A stretch of DNA of 63,721 nt from an uncultured Lichenihabitans sp. (GCA_964252585.1 CAXUOD010000003.1:1-63721); one strand, 5' to 3'. Shown: positions 48,949 to 59,129, counted from the first letter of the stretch. Notes: a model not told the origin generated them from the sequence alone. Made by a program: numbers and translations.

Positions 48949-51137
48949 GAGCGGGACGCCGAGACCGAGCCGCCGCGCCCGGCGATCGGCCCGAACGAAA
49001 CGCGGCGGCTGTCGCGACGCCGCTGGAGCGTACCGATGATGCTGCCGCGCAGCCCCGCCAGGGCACGATCCCAGCCGGTCGGGTTCGAGATGATGTCGGC
49101 CCGGTAGAAGGACGGGCAAAGGACCGCGGCTTCGGCGACCTCGCCGCAATTGCCGCAGCCGACGCAGGTGTGGTCGATCGCTGCTACGGGATCGTCCCTC
49201 AGGAGGTCCGTGGTTTCCTTCACGGACAGCGACGGGCAGCCGGACAGTCGCATGCAGGCGTGGTCGCCCGTGCAGACGTCCTCGTCGACCCCGAACCGCT
49301 CGCGCACGACCCGTTTGCCATCCCTGATGGCCTTGGCGATCAACGGCCGGACGCGGCGCTGCTTGTTCAGCATGCATTCGGACGAGGCCACGATGATCTT
49401 GGGTCCCTTCGCGGAGGTGGTGAGCGCCTGCTTCAGCGTATCGCGCATCTTGGCCACGCTATAGGTACGGTCGATCTGGCGGACCCAGGTCGCGCCGATC
49501 CCCTTCACGGCGGCGACGATCGAATTCTTGGTGAGCCGGCGCGGGTTGTCGGCGCGCGACGACAGGATGTCCTGCCCGCCCGTGGCGGCCGAGTAGAAGT
49601 TGTCGACCACCAGGATCACGCCGTCCTGCTTGTTGAAGACCGCGTTGCCGATGCTGCTGGTCAGGCCGTTGTGCCAGAACCCGCCGTCGCCCATCACCGA
49701 GATCGGCCGCTTCTTGGCCGAAACGTTGAAGGCCGAAGCCGAGGCCGGGCCGAGCCCGTATCCCATGGTGGTCGCCCCGATGTTGAACGGCGGCAGGATG
49801 GAGAACAGGTGGCAGCCGATATCGGCCGACACGTGATGCGTCCCGAGCTCCTGCTCGACGAGCTTCATGGCCGCGAAGATCGGGCGCTCGGGGCAGCCGA
49901 TGCAGAACCCGGCCGGACGCGGCGGCACCACTTCGGCCAGGCGCTTGACCCTGGGGTCGGCCAGCACGACGGCGGCGCTCGGCACGGGTGGCCGGTTACC
50001 GAGCAGCGCGGGGGCGTAGGTCTCGATGAAACGTTCGAGGCCTTTCACCAGCACGGGCGCCGTATATTCGCCGCCGAGCGGCAGCACGTCCTTGCCGCTC
50101 AGCCTGGTCCGGATGTCGCGGCGACGCAGAACCGTGTGGAGCGCCTGCTCGATATATTCGGGCTGGCCTTCCTCGACCATGATCACGGCCCTTTTGCCGA
50201 GACAGAAATCGACGACCTCGTCTTCGATCACCGGGTAGGTGACGTTCATCACATAGATGGGCACGAGCGTATCGCCATAGATGTCGGCAAGACCCAGGTA
50301 TTGCAGGGCGCGCATCAGGTTGTTGTACATCCCGCCCTGGACGATGATGCCGATATCGCCGTCCTCGGGGCCGAAATGCTCGTTGAGCTTGCGGTCCTTG
50401 ACAAAGGCGACGGCCGCGGGCCAGCGGGCCTCGAGCTTCTCCTTCTCCTGAACGTAGGCGGCGGGCGGCAGCACGATGCGGCTCAGGTCGCGCCGGGGGT
50501 TCTCGAGCGCGTCTTTCAACGTGAAGCTCGGACGCACGTTGTCCTTGGCGACGAACTGGCCATGGACGTGGCAGGTCCTGATGCGCACTTCGAGCATCAC
50601 CGGCGTGTTCGAGGCCTCGGACAGTTCGAACCCGTCCTCGACGGCCTTGACCACGCTCTCGAGGTTGGGACGTGGATCGAGCAGCCACATCTGCGACTTC
50701 ATCGCATAGGCGTGGCTGCGCTCCTGCATGATGGAGGAGCCCTCGCCGTAGTCCTCGCCGATGACGATGAGCGCGCCGCCCATCACGCCGCCGGACGACA
50801 GGTTGGACAGGGCGTCGGACGCGACATTCGTGCCCGCCGTCGACTTCCACGTCACGGCCCCGCGCAGCGGATAATGGACCGAGGCCGACAGCATGGCGGC
50901 CGCCGTGGCCTCGGAGGCCGAGGACTCGAAGTGGACACCGAGGTCGTCGAGCACGTCCTTGGCGTCGGCCAGCACGTCCATCAGATGCGAAATAGGCGAA
51001 CCCTGGTAGCCGCCGACGTAGGACACACCGGACTGCAGGAGGGCCTTGGTGATGGCGAGGATGCCCTCGCCGCGGAAGATGTCGCCGGCACCGAGCTTCA
51101 GGTCTTCGACTTCGCGCGCAAACGATCGTTCGGCCAT
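48945..51137 (-). CDS. iorA: Indolepyruvate:ferredoxin oxidoreductase alpha-family subunit (ThDP, Fe-S)
   Basis: GYQGSP, FCIGCPERP, DIGCH, ThDP motif GDGGFWHNG, ferredoxin-like CTGDHAC..CP and CVGCGNC. Confidence 0.92.
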   Translation of the reverse strand: MAERSFAREVEDLKLGAGDIFRGEGILAITKALLQSGVSYVGGYQGSPISHLMDVLADAKDVLDDLGVHFESSASEATAAAMLSASVHYPLRGAVTWKSTAGTNVASDALSNLSSGGVMGGALIVIGEDYGEGSSIMQERSHAYAMKSQMWLLDPRPNLESVVKAVEDGFELSEASNTPVMLEVRIRTCHVHGQFVAKDNVRPSFTLKDALENPRRDLSRIVLPPAAYVQEKEKLEARWPAAVAFVKDRKLNEHFGPEDGDIGIIVQGGMYNNLMRALQYLGLADIYGDTLVPIYVMNVTYPVIEDEVVDFCLGKRAVIMVEEGQPEYIEQALHTVLRRRDIRTRLSGKDVLPLGGEYTAPVLVKGLERFIETYAPALLGNRPPVPSAAVVLADPRVKRLAEVVPPRPAGFCIGCPERPIFAAMKLVEQELGTHHVSADIGCHLFSILPPFNIGATTMGYGLGPASASAFNVSAKKRPISVMGDGGFWHNGLTSSIGNAVFNKQDGVILVVDNFYSAATGGQDILSSRADNPRRLTKNSIVAAVKGIGATWVRQIDRTYSVAKMRDTLKQALTTSAKGPKIIVASSECMLNKQRRVRPLIAKAIRDGKRVVRERFGVDEDVCTGDHACMRLSGCPSLSVKETTDLLRDDPVAAIDHTCVGCGNCGEVAEAAVLCPSFYRADIISNPTGWDRALAGLRGSIIGTLQRRRDSRRVSFGPIAGRGGSVSASRS

Positions 51138-51409
51138 GCGATGTTCCTCGACGATGGGGGCGGGCGGGCCGCATGGCGCCGCGGCCGTCGAAGCCCAGGA
51201 TGTCTCGAGATCTATGCAACGTCATAGAACCGGCATCCGATGTCAACGGCGGGGTGCTGCCTCCCTCACCACGCTGCGCGTGACGGACGACGCCGGTTGC
51301 AAAGCGCCACAGCACGTCGTGCCGCAAAGGCTCGCATTCGTCTGTTTCGCAAGCGTCGGCTGCCCTCAACATAGGCGGCCTACCCACTTGGCAGACCGAC
51401 GCCAAACGC

Positions 51410-51421
51410 TTTAGACTTAAA
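51410..51421. promoter_or_regulatory. Candidate MarR operator TTTAGACTTAAA
   Basis: Imperfect palindrome over the putative -10 (TAGACT) of the ABC operon; 10/12 identical to the site at 57843. Confidence 0.55.
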
Positions 51422-51473
51422 CCATTCCGGCGGCGCTGCCCGCGCTTGCGGTGGTCTCCAGTGGGGTGGTCCG

Positions 51474-53012
51474 ATGCACGCCGTTTCACGCCGTCAAACC
51501 CTGGCGCTCGGCGCCGGCGCCTTTATCGCGAGCCTTCTGGCCGGGAGGCTGCCCGTGCAAGCGGCCGACGCGGGAACGCTGACGATCGCGTTCAATGTCA
51601 ACGTGCCGTCCTTCGACCCGACCACCGGCCCATCGGCCGTCAACCCGACCATCCAGGCCGTCTACCGCTCGATCTTCGACCAGTTCGTCGGCCAGAAGCC
51701 GGACCTCTCCTTCGAGCCGGGCTTGCTCACGGCCTGGGGTTGGTCCGACGACAAGACCAAGGTCTGGATGGATGTTCGGCCGAACGTGACATGGCATGAC
51801 GGATCGCCGTTCACGCCCGAGGACGTCGTGTGGTCCCTGACCCGCGCCGGCGATCCCAAAGGCGCCAACCCGATCTCGTTCGTCTGGTCCAAGATCGCCA
51901 ATTTCAAGGTCGACGGCCAGCGCATCACGGCCGACGTCGTGTCCTTCGACCCGACGCTGTTCAAGTGGATGGCGTTCCTCACCGGCTACGTGCTGCCCAA
52001 GGCCTATTACGAGAAGGTCGGGGCCGACGGCTTCGAGCGGAAGCCGGTCGGCACCGGGCCCTATATGGTCGACGCCTACGAGGGAAATGCCTTCCTGCGC
52101 CTGAAGGCCAACCCGAACTATTGGGGCGGCAAGCCTCCCTTCGAGACCGTGGTGTTCAAGTTCGTGACCGATGCCACGAGCCGCGCCGCGGAGATCGAGA
52201 GCGGCTCCTCCGACATCACGCTCGAGATCCCCTACGAGGAATTCGACCGGCTCAAGGCCAAGCCGGGCCTCGCGGGCGCCGCGACGCCGATCTCCGACAT
52301 CGGCATGATCTTCATCTCCAACACGTCGCCCGCGATGCTCGACAAGAACGTGCGCCTCGCCGCGATCCACGCGATCGACAAGGCGGCGATCATCAAGCGC
52401 CTGCTGCGCGGCTATGGGGTGCCGCTGTCGACGCTCGAAGCGCCGGAATACGCAGCCTTTGATCCCTCCATCACAGTGCCGTACGACCCGAAGCTCGCGG
52501 CCGAACTCCTGAAGAAGAGCGGCTATTCGCCCGAGAAGCCGGTCACGTTCACCATCCAGACGACCCGAGGCTTCAAGCCGAAGGACGACGAGATGATCCA
52601 GGCGATCGTCGGCATGTGGCGCAAGGTCGGCATCCAGGCCGAGATCGAAGTCTACGAGATCGCCAAGCATTACGAGCTGCGCGCCGCCCACAAGCTCGCC
52701 CCGATGGCGTTCTACAACTGGGGCAATGCGATCGGCGACCCGACCACGTCGACGGGCTTCGCCATGTTCGGCCCCTCGCCGCATTCCGCCTGGAAATCGG
52801 ACGACCTCGACGCCATGATGCTGCCGCTCTGGGGCGAAAAGGACGAATCCAAGCGCATCGCCGGTTGGAAGGCCGTCGACAAGCATATCGCCGAGGAGGG
52901 CCTGGTGATCCCGTTGCTGCAATATGCGCAGCCGGTGATCTACAAGTCCTCGCTCAAGATCACGCCCAATGTTTCGGGCGCCCTTCAGCCGACGCTGGTC
53001 GCAACGGCCTAG
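51474..53012 (+). CDS. ABC transporter substrate-binding protein (Opp/Dpp family 5), Tat-type signal
   Basis: SRRQTL twin-arginine leader; WHDGSPFTPEDVVWS, PVGTGPY, NPNYWG. Confidence 0.92.
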   Translation: MHAVSRRQTLALGAGAFIASLLAGRLPVQAADAGTLTIAFNVNVPSFDPTTGPSAVNPTIQAVYRSIFDQFVGQKPDLSFEPGLLTAWGWSDDKTKVWMDVRPNVTWHDGSPFTPEDVVWSLTRAGDPKGANPISFVWSKIANFKVDGQRITADVVSFDPTLFKWMAFLTGYVLPKAYYEKVGADGFERKPVGTGPYMVDAYEGNAFLRLKANPNYWGGKPPFETVVFKFVTDATSRAAEIESGSSDITLEIPYEEFDRLKAKPGLAGAATPISDIGMIFISNTSPAMLDKNVRLAAIHAIDKAAIIKRLLRGYGVPLSTLEAPEYAAFDPSITVPYDPKLAAELLKKSGYSPEKPVTFTIQTTRGFKPKDDEMIQAIVGMWRKVGIQAEIEVYEIAKHYELRAAHKLAPMAFYNWGNAIGDPTTSTGFAMFGPSPHSAWKSDDLDAMMLPLWGEKDESKRIAGWKAVDKHIAEEGLVIPLLQYAQPVIYKSSLKITPNVSGALQPTLVATA

Positions 53013-53137
53013 GGCGCGTCATCTCCGGCGAAGGGACCGATGCCGGGTTCGGGTCTGCTGTTGGCGGACACAAGCGAGCTCGAACAAGCCAACAGTTCAA
53101 ACGGGCTTGACGTAGCACGCCGCGGGAATGCGCGATC

Positions 53138-54142
53138 ATGGCCACGGCCACCCTCCATCGGATCGCCATGATGATGGTGACGCTGTTCGGCGTGGCCGTC
53201 GTGGTCTTCGTTCTGCTGCGCGTTGCGCCGGGCGACCCCGTTGCCATGATGATCGCCCCCGGAGCGAGTGCGGCGGACGTCGCGGCGCTACGGGCTCGCT
53301 ACGGGCTCGACGGATCGATGCTGCTGCAGTTCGGCATCTGGCTGAAGGCGCTGATCGGCGGCGACTTCGGCACATCGATCACGTTCAGGCGCAACGTCCT
53401 CGGCTTGATCGGCGGCCGGCTTCCCGCCACGCTGGAACTGGCCGCATCGGCGCTCGCGCTGGCCCTGGTGCTCGGCGGCGGGCTCGCCATTCTCGGCACG
53501 CTGAGCCGGCGTCGCCTCGGCGAGACCGCGATCGACGGCATCACGGGCCTGTTCCTGGCGATCCCGGACTTCGTCTGGGCGCTGGCGCTCGTGCTGCTGT
53601 TCGGGGTCGCGGTGCCCGTATTTCCGCTGACCGGGCGCATCGACCCTAGCCTCGGGACCGTGTTTCACACCCCGTTCTACCTGGCCGAGAGCGTGCTCAC
53701 CGGCCGTTGGACGGCGGCGCGCGATGTCGCGGCGCATCTCGTCCTGCCGGTCCTGGCGCTGGCGCTGCCGCTGGCCGCCGTCGTGGCGCGGATGCTGAAA
53801 GGCGCGCTGGCCGAAGCCATGGTGCAGGACTACGTGCTGCTGGCTCGCGTCAAGGGCATGACGGACCTTCGGCTCGTGCTGCGCGAAGCCCTGCGCAACG
53901 CCGTGGGCCCGACGCTCGCGCTCACCGGCGTTCAGTTCACCTTCCTGCTCGGCGGCACCGTGATCGTCGAGCGGATCTTCGCCTTTCCGGGGATCGGCAA
54001 CATGGCGATCGAGGCCGTGATCAACCGCGACCTCCCGCTGATCCAGGGCCTCGTCCTCGTCTTCGGCGCGCTCTTCATCCTGGTCAACCTCTTGGTGGAC
54101 CTCGCCGTGGCGGCCCTTAATCCGCGGCTTCGGCATGGCTGA
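53138..54142 (+). CDS. ABC transporter permease (DppB-like)
   Basis: PGDPVAMM, GDFGTS, RLPATLELA, DYVLLARVKG, IVERIFAFPGIG. Confidence 0.92.
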   Translation: MATATLHRIAMMMVTLFGVAVVVFVLLRVAPGDPVAMMIAPGASAADVAALRARYGLDGSMLLQFGIWLKALIGGDFGTSITFRRNVLGLIGGRLPATLELAASALALALVLGGGLAILGTLSRRRLGETAIDGITGLFLAIPDFVWALALVLLFGVAVPVFPLTGRIDPSLGTVFHTPFYLAESVLTGRWTAARDVAAHLVLPVLALALPLAAVVARMLKGALAEAMVQDYVLLARVKGMTDLRLVLREALRNAVGPTLALTGVQFTFLLGGTVIVERIFAFPGIGNMAIEAVINRDLPLIQGLVLVFGALFILVNLLVDLAVAALNPRLRHG

Positions 54143-55043
54143 CGCGGAGCTATCAACATCGGCACGGGTCGAGACCGACGAGCCGGCCCGTCGCCGTAGT
54201 CGCGCCGCCGTCACGCGCCTGCGCGACCCGAAGCTCCTGCTCGGCGGCGGCTTCGTCGTCCTGCTCGTGGCCATCGCGCTCCTCGCACCGCTCGTGGCGC
54301 CACACGACCCGTTGGAGCAGGACCTGATGGCCGCGACCCTGCCCCCGATCGGCTTCGCCGATGCCGACCCGAGCCACCTCCTCGGCACCGACGACCTCGG
54401 GCGGGACGTGCTGTCGCGTCTCGTCTTCGGCACACGCGTGGCCCTGACGGTCGCGGTCGTGGCGGCCGGCGCGGCAGCCGTCTTCGGCACGCTGCTGGGT
54501 CTTCTGGCCGGCTATTTCGGCGGCTGGGTCGACGCGCTCGTGTCCCGGCTCGTCGAGATCTGGATGGCGTTCCCGGCCGTCCTGCTCTCGATCCTGATCG
54601 TCGCGATCCTCGGCTCGGGCGTCGGCTCCGTGATCGTGGCCATCGCGATCATCGACTGGACCCGCTTCGCCCGGGTGATCCGGGCCGACACGATGGCGCA
54701 GGCAGAAGCCGATTACGTGACGGCCGCGCGCGCGGTCGGCTACGGCCGCTGGGCCATCCTGTTCCGCGAGATCCTGCCCAACGTCGTGCCGGCACTGATC
54801 GGGCTCGTGGCGCTCGAAATGGGCATCGCGGTCGTGGTCGAGGCCATCCTGTCCTTCGTGGGGCTTTCCGTGTCGACCGATACGCCGACGTGGGGCGGCA
54901 TGATCGCCTCGGGCCGGCAGATCATCTACCAGGCCTGGTGGGTTTTCGCGGCACCGCTCGCGGCCGTGTTCCTGACCGTCCTCGCCTTCAACCAGCTGGG
55001 CGACGGCTTGCGCCGTGCCCTCGACCCCGTGATGCGCCGCTGA
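54135..55043 (+). CDS. ABC transporter permease (DppC-like)
   Basis: HLLGTDDLGRDVLSRL, YVTAARAVG, ILPNV, LSFVGL, NQLGDGLR. Confidence 0.92.
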   Translation: MADAELSTSARVETDEPARRRSRAAVTRLRDPKLLLGGGFVVLLVAIALLAPLVAPHDPLEQDLMAATLPPIGFADADPSHLLGTDDLGRDVLSRLVFGTRVALTVAVVAAGAAAVFGTLLGLLAGYFGGWVDALVSRLVEIWMAFPAVLLSILIVAILGSGVGSVIVAIAIIDWTRFARVIRADTMAQAEADYVTAARAVGYGRWAILFREILPNVVPALIGLVALEMGIAVVVEAILSFVGLSVSTDTPTWGGMIASGRQIIYQAWWVFAAPLAAVFLTVLAFNQLGDGLRRALDPVMRR

Positions 55044-55918
55044 TGGCCGCGCTGCTGTCGGTCGAACGGCTGTCCGCGGTGTCCGACCGCGACGGCGGCG
55101 CGCCCATCCTCCGCGACGTGTCGCTGTCGGTCGCGCCCGGCGAAGTGCACGGTCTCGTGGGCGAAAGCGGGGCCGGTAAATCGACGGTCGCCCGGGCCGT
55201 GCTCGGTCTCCTGCCGCGCACGGTGCGGGTCACGGCCGGCGCCATCATCCTCGACGGCACGGAACTGTTGACCCTGGACGAGCGGCGGCGTCGGCCGCTG
55301 ATCGGTGCCGGCGTCGCTCTCATTCCGCAGGATCCGCTGACGGCGTTGAACCCGAGCCGGCGCGTCGAAGCGCAGCTGACGGACGGCTTGCGCATGTGGA
55401 AGGGCTGCTCGGCCGGAGAGGCGCGCCGCCATGCCCTGGCGCTCCTCGACGAAGTGCAGATGCGCGAGCCCGAGCGGGTGATGCGCTGCTACCCGCACGA
55501 ACTGTCGGGCGGCATGCGGCAGCGCGTGCTCATCGCGGCTGCCTTCGCGCTCGAACCCAAACTCGTGATCGCCGACGAACCGACCACGGCGCTCGACGTG
55601 ACGGTGCAAAAGCAGATCCTCCGTCTGATCCGCGACATGCAGCTGCGCCACGGGACCGGCGCGATCTTCGTGACGCACGACCTCGGCGTCGTGGCCCAGA
55701 TCTGCAACCGGGCGACCCTGCTCTTCGGGGGACGCGTGATGGAACAGGGCACGGTCGAAGACCTGCTGCTTCGCCCAGGGCACCCCTATACGCGCGCGCT
55801 CGTCGCCGCGAGCCCTCGCTACGACCGTCCCGATGCCGGCTTGCAACCGGTGTCCGACGCCGTCCTCGCGGGCTGCCGGGCCGAGATCGCGTCCTTCGAT
55901 CGGAGCCAGCATGGTTAG
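55043..55918 (+). CDS. ABC transporter ATP-binding protein (DppD-like)
   Basis: GESGAGKS, YPHELSGGMRQR, ADEPTTALD, HPYT; ATG overlaps the previous TGA. Confidence 0.92.
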   Translation: MAALLSVERLSAVSDRDGGAPILRDVSLSVAPGEVHGLVGESGAGKSTVARAVLGLLPRTVRVTAGAIILDGTELLTLDERRRRPLIGAGVALIPQDPLTALNPSRRVEAQLTDGLRMWKGCSAGEARRHALALLDEVQMREPERVMRCYPHELSGGMRQRVLIAAAFALEPKLVIADEPTTALDVTVQKQILRLIRDMQLRHGTGAIFVTHDLGVVAQICNRATLLFGGRVMEQGTVEDLLLRPGHPYTRALVAASPRYDRPDAGLQPVSDAVLAGCRAEIASFDRSQHG

Positions 55919-56843
55919 CGGCGATCGGCACCTCACGAGGTCCGACGCCGGGCCGGCCGCACGTGCCGCGCCGGGCGATCGGGGCGCGATGCCCGCGGCT
56001 CAGGGTGGGGAGCGGCAAGGCGCGTGCGCTGCTCGACCCTTGCTCGAAGCCCGTCATCTCAGCGTCGGCTATGGCGCAGGGCGGACCGCCAGACGGGTGG
56101 TCGAGGACGTCTCCCTGACGCTCGCGAGTCGAGAAGTCATCGGCATCGTGGGCGAGTCCGGTTCGGGCAAGACGACGCTCGGCCGGGCGCTCCTCGGCCT
56201 CGTCGCGGCCACGTCCGGCACGCTCGTCTTCGACGGCCAGGACATCACCAGGCTCGACGAAGAAGCCTGGCGGCCGCTGCGACGGCGCATGCAGATGATC
56301 TTCCAGGATCCGATGGCGTCGTTGAACCCGCGCCACACGATTCAGCGCATCCTCACGGGTCCGCTGTTGCTGCACGGCGTGGCCCGGAACGGGCGCGAGG
56401 CCGCCGCGGTGGCATCGGAGACGCTCGAGCGTGTGGGTCTGCCGCTCTCGGCCCTGATGCGCTACCCGCACGAACTCTCGGGCGGACAGCGCCAGCGCGT
56501 CGGCATCGCGCGGGCCGTGATGCTGAAACCCGATCTCCTGCTGGCCGACGAGATCGTGTCCGGCCTCGACGTCTCGACGCAGGCGCACGTGCTGCGGCTG
56601 ATCGGCGACCTCGGCCGGGACATGGGGCTCGCCATGGTGTTCATCAGCCACGACCTGTCCGTGATCCGCGCGATCTGCGATCGCGTCCTCGTGCTGCAGA
56701 ACGGCCAGGTGGCCGAAGAGGGCCGCTGCGATGCCGTCTTCGCGGACCCCCGCTCGGCCTATACGCGCAGCCTCATCGCCGCCATTCCCCTGCCCGTCCC
56801 CGATCCCGCCTGGCTCACCCGGGGATCGGAACGCGAGGGCTGA
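55911..56843 (+). CDS. ABC transporter ATP-binding protein (DppF-like)
   Basis: GESGSGKT, MQMIFQDP, YPHELSGGQRQR, ADEIVSGLD. Confidence 0.9.
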   Translation: MVSGDRHLTRSDAGPAARAAPGDRGAMPAAQGGERQGACAARPLLEARHLSVGYGAGRTARRVVEDVSLTLASREVIGIVGESGSGKTTLGRALLGLVAATSGTLVFDGQDITRLDEEAWRPLRRRMQMIFQDPMASLNPRHTIQRILTGPLLLHGVARNGREAAAVASETLERVGLPLSALMRYPHELSGGQRQRVGIARAVMLKPDLLLADEIVSGLDVSTQAHVLRLIGDLGRDMGLAMVFISHDLSVIRAICDRVLVLQNGQVAEEGRCDAVFADPRSAYTRSLIAAIPLPVPDPAWLTRGSEREG

Positions 56844-56902
56844 GGTTCGACCCGGGAAGGGGGCGCCCGAACCGACTGCAACGCCCCGCAGGAGTGTGTC
56901 AC

Positions 56903-57487
56903 ATGACGAGACTGGCTGGGTTGGCCGCGATGGCCGCGATGATGGTGGGAGCACTCGGTGCGGCGAAAGCCGACGGATTGCCGGGCATGCGGGGGCACGA
57001 CCATACGGGCATCACCGTGCCCGACATGGATCAGGCCGTGCGTTTCTTCACGGACGTCCTGGGCTGCAAGGCGGCCATGAGCTTCGGGCCGTTCTCGGGC
57101 ATGGGCGACGTGCTCAACATCAACCCGGAGGCCAGGATCGACAAGATCACCATGGTGCGCTGCGGTGCCGGCTCGAATATCGAACTCTTCCAGTATACGT
57201 CGCCCGACCAGAAGAACATGACGCCGAAGAACAGCGACATCGGCGGCATGCACATCGCCCTTTATGTCGACGACGTCCAGAAGGCGAAGGATTACCTCGA
57301 CAGCCAGGGCGTCAAGACCTTCAAGGGGCCGATCGCGATCGGAGCGGGACCCGCGGCGGGCGAAACCATTCTCTACTTCGTCGCGCCCTGGGGCCTCCAG
57401 TTCGAAGCGATCAGCTATCCCAAAGGGCTCGGGTACGAGAAACAGGCCAACACGGTCCTGTGGAAGCCGACGGATCCGGCGAAATAG
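56903..57487 (+). CDS. VOC (glyoxalase-fold) metalloenzyme with signal peptide
   Basis: AGGAG RBS; hydrophobic leader ending AKA|D; DHTGITVPD, IELFQY, HIALYVDD, PWGLQFE (H/E/H/E metal ligands). Confidence 0.85.
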   Translation: MTRLAGLAAMAAMMVGALGAAKADGLPGMRGHDHTGITVPDMDQAVRFFTDVLGCKAAMSFGPFSGMGDVLNINPEARIDKITMVRCGAGSNIELFQYTSPDQKNMTPKNSDIGGMHIALYVDDVQKAKDYLDSQGVKTFKGPIAIGAGPAAGETILYFVAPWGLQFEAISYPKGLGYEKQANTVLWKPTDPAK

Positions 57488-57512
57488 CAGCCGCACGCGC
57501 CTTGGTCATGGA

Positions 57513-57551
57513 CGTCGTTGCGAGCGCGACGCGAAGCAAGTCGCAATGACG
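57513..57551. repeat. REP-like hairpin family B, possible operon terminator
   Basis: cgtcgttgcga...tcgcaatgacg inverted repeat just after the VOC stop. Confidence 0.5.
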
Positions 57552-57809
57552 GATCAACGCGAGCGGGACCATGGCGCTCCGGCGCGGTGCTGCCTCGGGA
57601 CAGCAGCGGAGCCGCCCCGCAACGGTCCCGGTAGGCTTCGAGCGCATCTTGGATGTCGGACGGGATGGGACAGGCGGCCAGCGTCGCGCGCGTCGTGCTC
57701 ACCGTCACCAGGCGGCCTCGACCGACTGCGACGCCTTGCTTCGGGATCGGGCGGATCAGGGTGTCGGACGAGCGCCCGATCCGAACCACGATCGGCACAA
57801 CGCGAGCGA

Positions 57810-57854
57810 TTGACGAATCCGTCGGGAGGCGGGATAATTTATTTTGAACTTAAA
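57810..57854 (+). promoter_or_regulatory. Sigma70 promoter TTGACG-N17-GATAAT with downstream candidate operator TTTGAACTTAAA
   Basis: -35 at 57810-57815, -10 at 57833-57838, palindromic 12-mer at 57843-57854 over the expected +1. Confidence 0.72.
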
Positions 57855-57873
57855 GTATGTGGCGGCGCGGCGG

Positions 57874-58611
57874 GTGGCTGAACTTCGGGCATGCGTGACG
57901 GGTGGAAGCCGCGGCATCGGGCGAGCGATCGCGGCGTCGCTGACGGCGGCCGGCTATGATGTCACGATCCTCGGACGGACGCAGGAGACGCTCGACGCCG
58001 CGGTGGCGGCCGGCGCTGCCCGGATCGGCATCGCGCACGATGTCGTCGAGACCGAGCGGTTGAAGGCGATCGTGGCGGACGGCCGGTTCGACATCCTGGT
58101 CAACAATGCCGGCGGCGTCGACACCGGCCCGTTCTCCGGGACGGGTGCGGACGTGTTCCGGCGTCTGTTCGAGCTCAATGTCGTGAGCGCCGTGGAGGCG
58201 ACACGCGCCGCCCTGCCCCACATGATCGCCCGCGGCTCGGGGCGGGTGATCAACATCGCGTCGACGGCCGGCCTCAAGGGCTACGCTTACGTGTCGGCCT
58301 ATGTGACCGCCAAACATGCCCTGGTCGGCCTCACCAAGGCCCTCGCGGTCGAACTCGCCAGGACGGGGGTGACCGCCAACGCCATCTGCCCGGGTTATAC
58401 GGATACGGACCTCGTCGCAGCGGGCGTCGCCACCGTGATGCAGCGGACGCAGCGAAGCGACGAGGACGCGCGCGCCCATTTCGCAGCGTCCAATCCGATG
58501 GGACGCCTGATGCAGCCCGAAGAGGTGGCCGAGGCCGCGGTCTGGCTCGCCCACCCGCGGTCCGGCGGCGTTACGGGCCAATGCGTCGCAGTGGCCGGAG
58601 GCGAGGTGTGA
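57874..58611 (+). CDS. Short-chain dehydrogenase/reductase
   Basis: [24 protein letters not shown] (YxxxK), NAICPG; start uncertain (57844, 57859 or 57874). Confidence 0.9.
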   Translation: MAELRACVTGGSRGIGRAIAASLTAAGYDVTILGRTQETLDAAVAAGAARIGIAHDVVETERLKAIVADGRFDILVNNAGGVDTGPFSGTGADVFRRLFELNVVSAVEATRAALPHMIARGSGRVINIASTAGLKGYAYVSAYVTAKHALVGLTKALAVELARTGVTANAICPGYTDTDLVAAGVATVMQRTQRSDEDARAHFAASNPMGRLMQPEEVAEAAVWLAHPRSGGVTGQCVAVAGGEV

Positions 58612-59129
58612 CGCCGTCGTCGAGCGAAGCCGGCTGGATCGACGCCGAAACCAAAGTCGCCGAAGCACCCGCGGACCATCGCGCCGAACTCCGGTTGTGG
58701 CTCAGGCTCCTGACCTGCACGACCCTGATCGAGACCACGATCCGGCGGAAGCTGCAGACCGCCTTCGATTTCACGCTGCCCCGCTTCGACCTTCTGGCGC
58801 AGCTCGACAAGGCCGCGGACGGGCTGGTGCTTGGAGAGGTCTCGAAGCGCCTCATGGTGTCGGCCGGCAACGTCACCGCCATCGTCGACCGACTGATCGC
58901 CAACGGCCATATCACGCGGACTCCCGCCCCTCACGACCGGCGCGTCCAGATCATCCGGATGACGCCCGAAGGGCGCACGGCGTTCCAAGCCATGGCGCGG
59001 CAGCACGGCGACTGGATCGGCGCGATGTTCGACGACCTCAGCGCCAAGGACATGGAAGCCCTCATGGGATTGCTGGCCAAGCTGAAATCGTCGGTACGGC
59101 GCAACCTGTCGGAGGAGACGGCATCGTGA
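58608..59129 (+). CDS. MarR-family regulator (abm-cluster type)
   Basis: LRLWLRLL...[11 protein letters not shown]...[18 protein letters not shown]...DRR; GTGA overlap. Confidence 0.92.
   Translation: MTPSSSEAGWIDAETKVAEAPADHRAELRLWLRLLTCTTLIETTIRRKLQTAFDFTLPRFDLLAQLDKAADGLVLGEVSKRLMVSAGNVTAIVDRLIANGHITRTPAPHDRRVQIIRMTPEGRTAFQAMARQHGDWIGAMFDDLSAKDMEALMGLLAKLKSSVRRNLSEETAS

Noticed and set aside
53082-53098. GAAC-N9-GTTC after the binding-protein gene as an SOS box
   Set aside because: Inverted arrangement and wrong spacing for the alphaproteobacterial direct-repeat LexA box.
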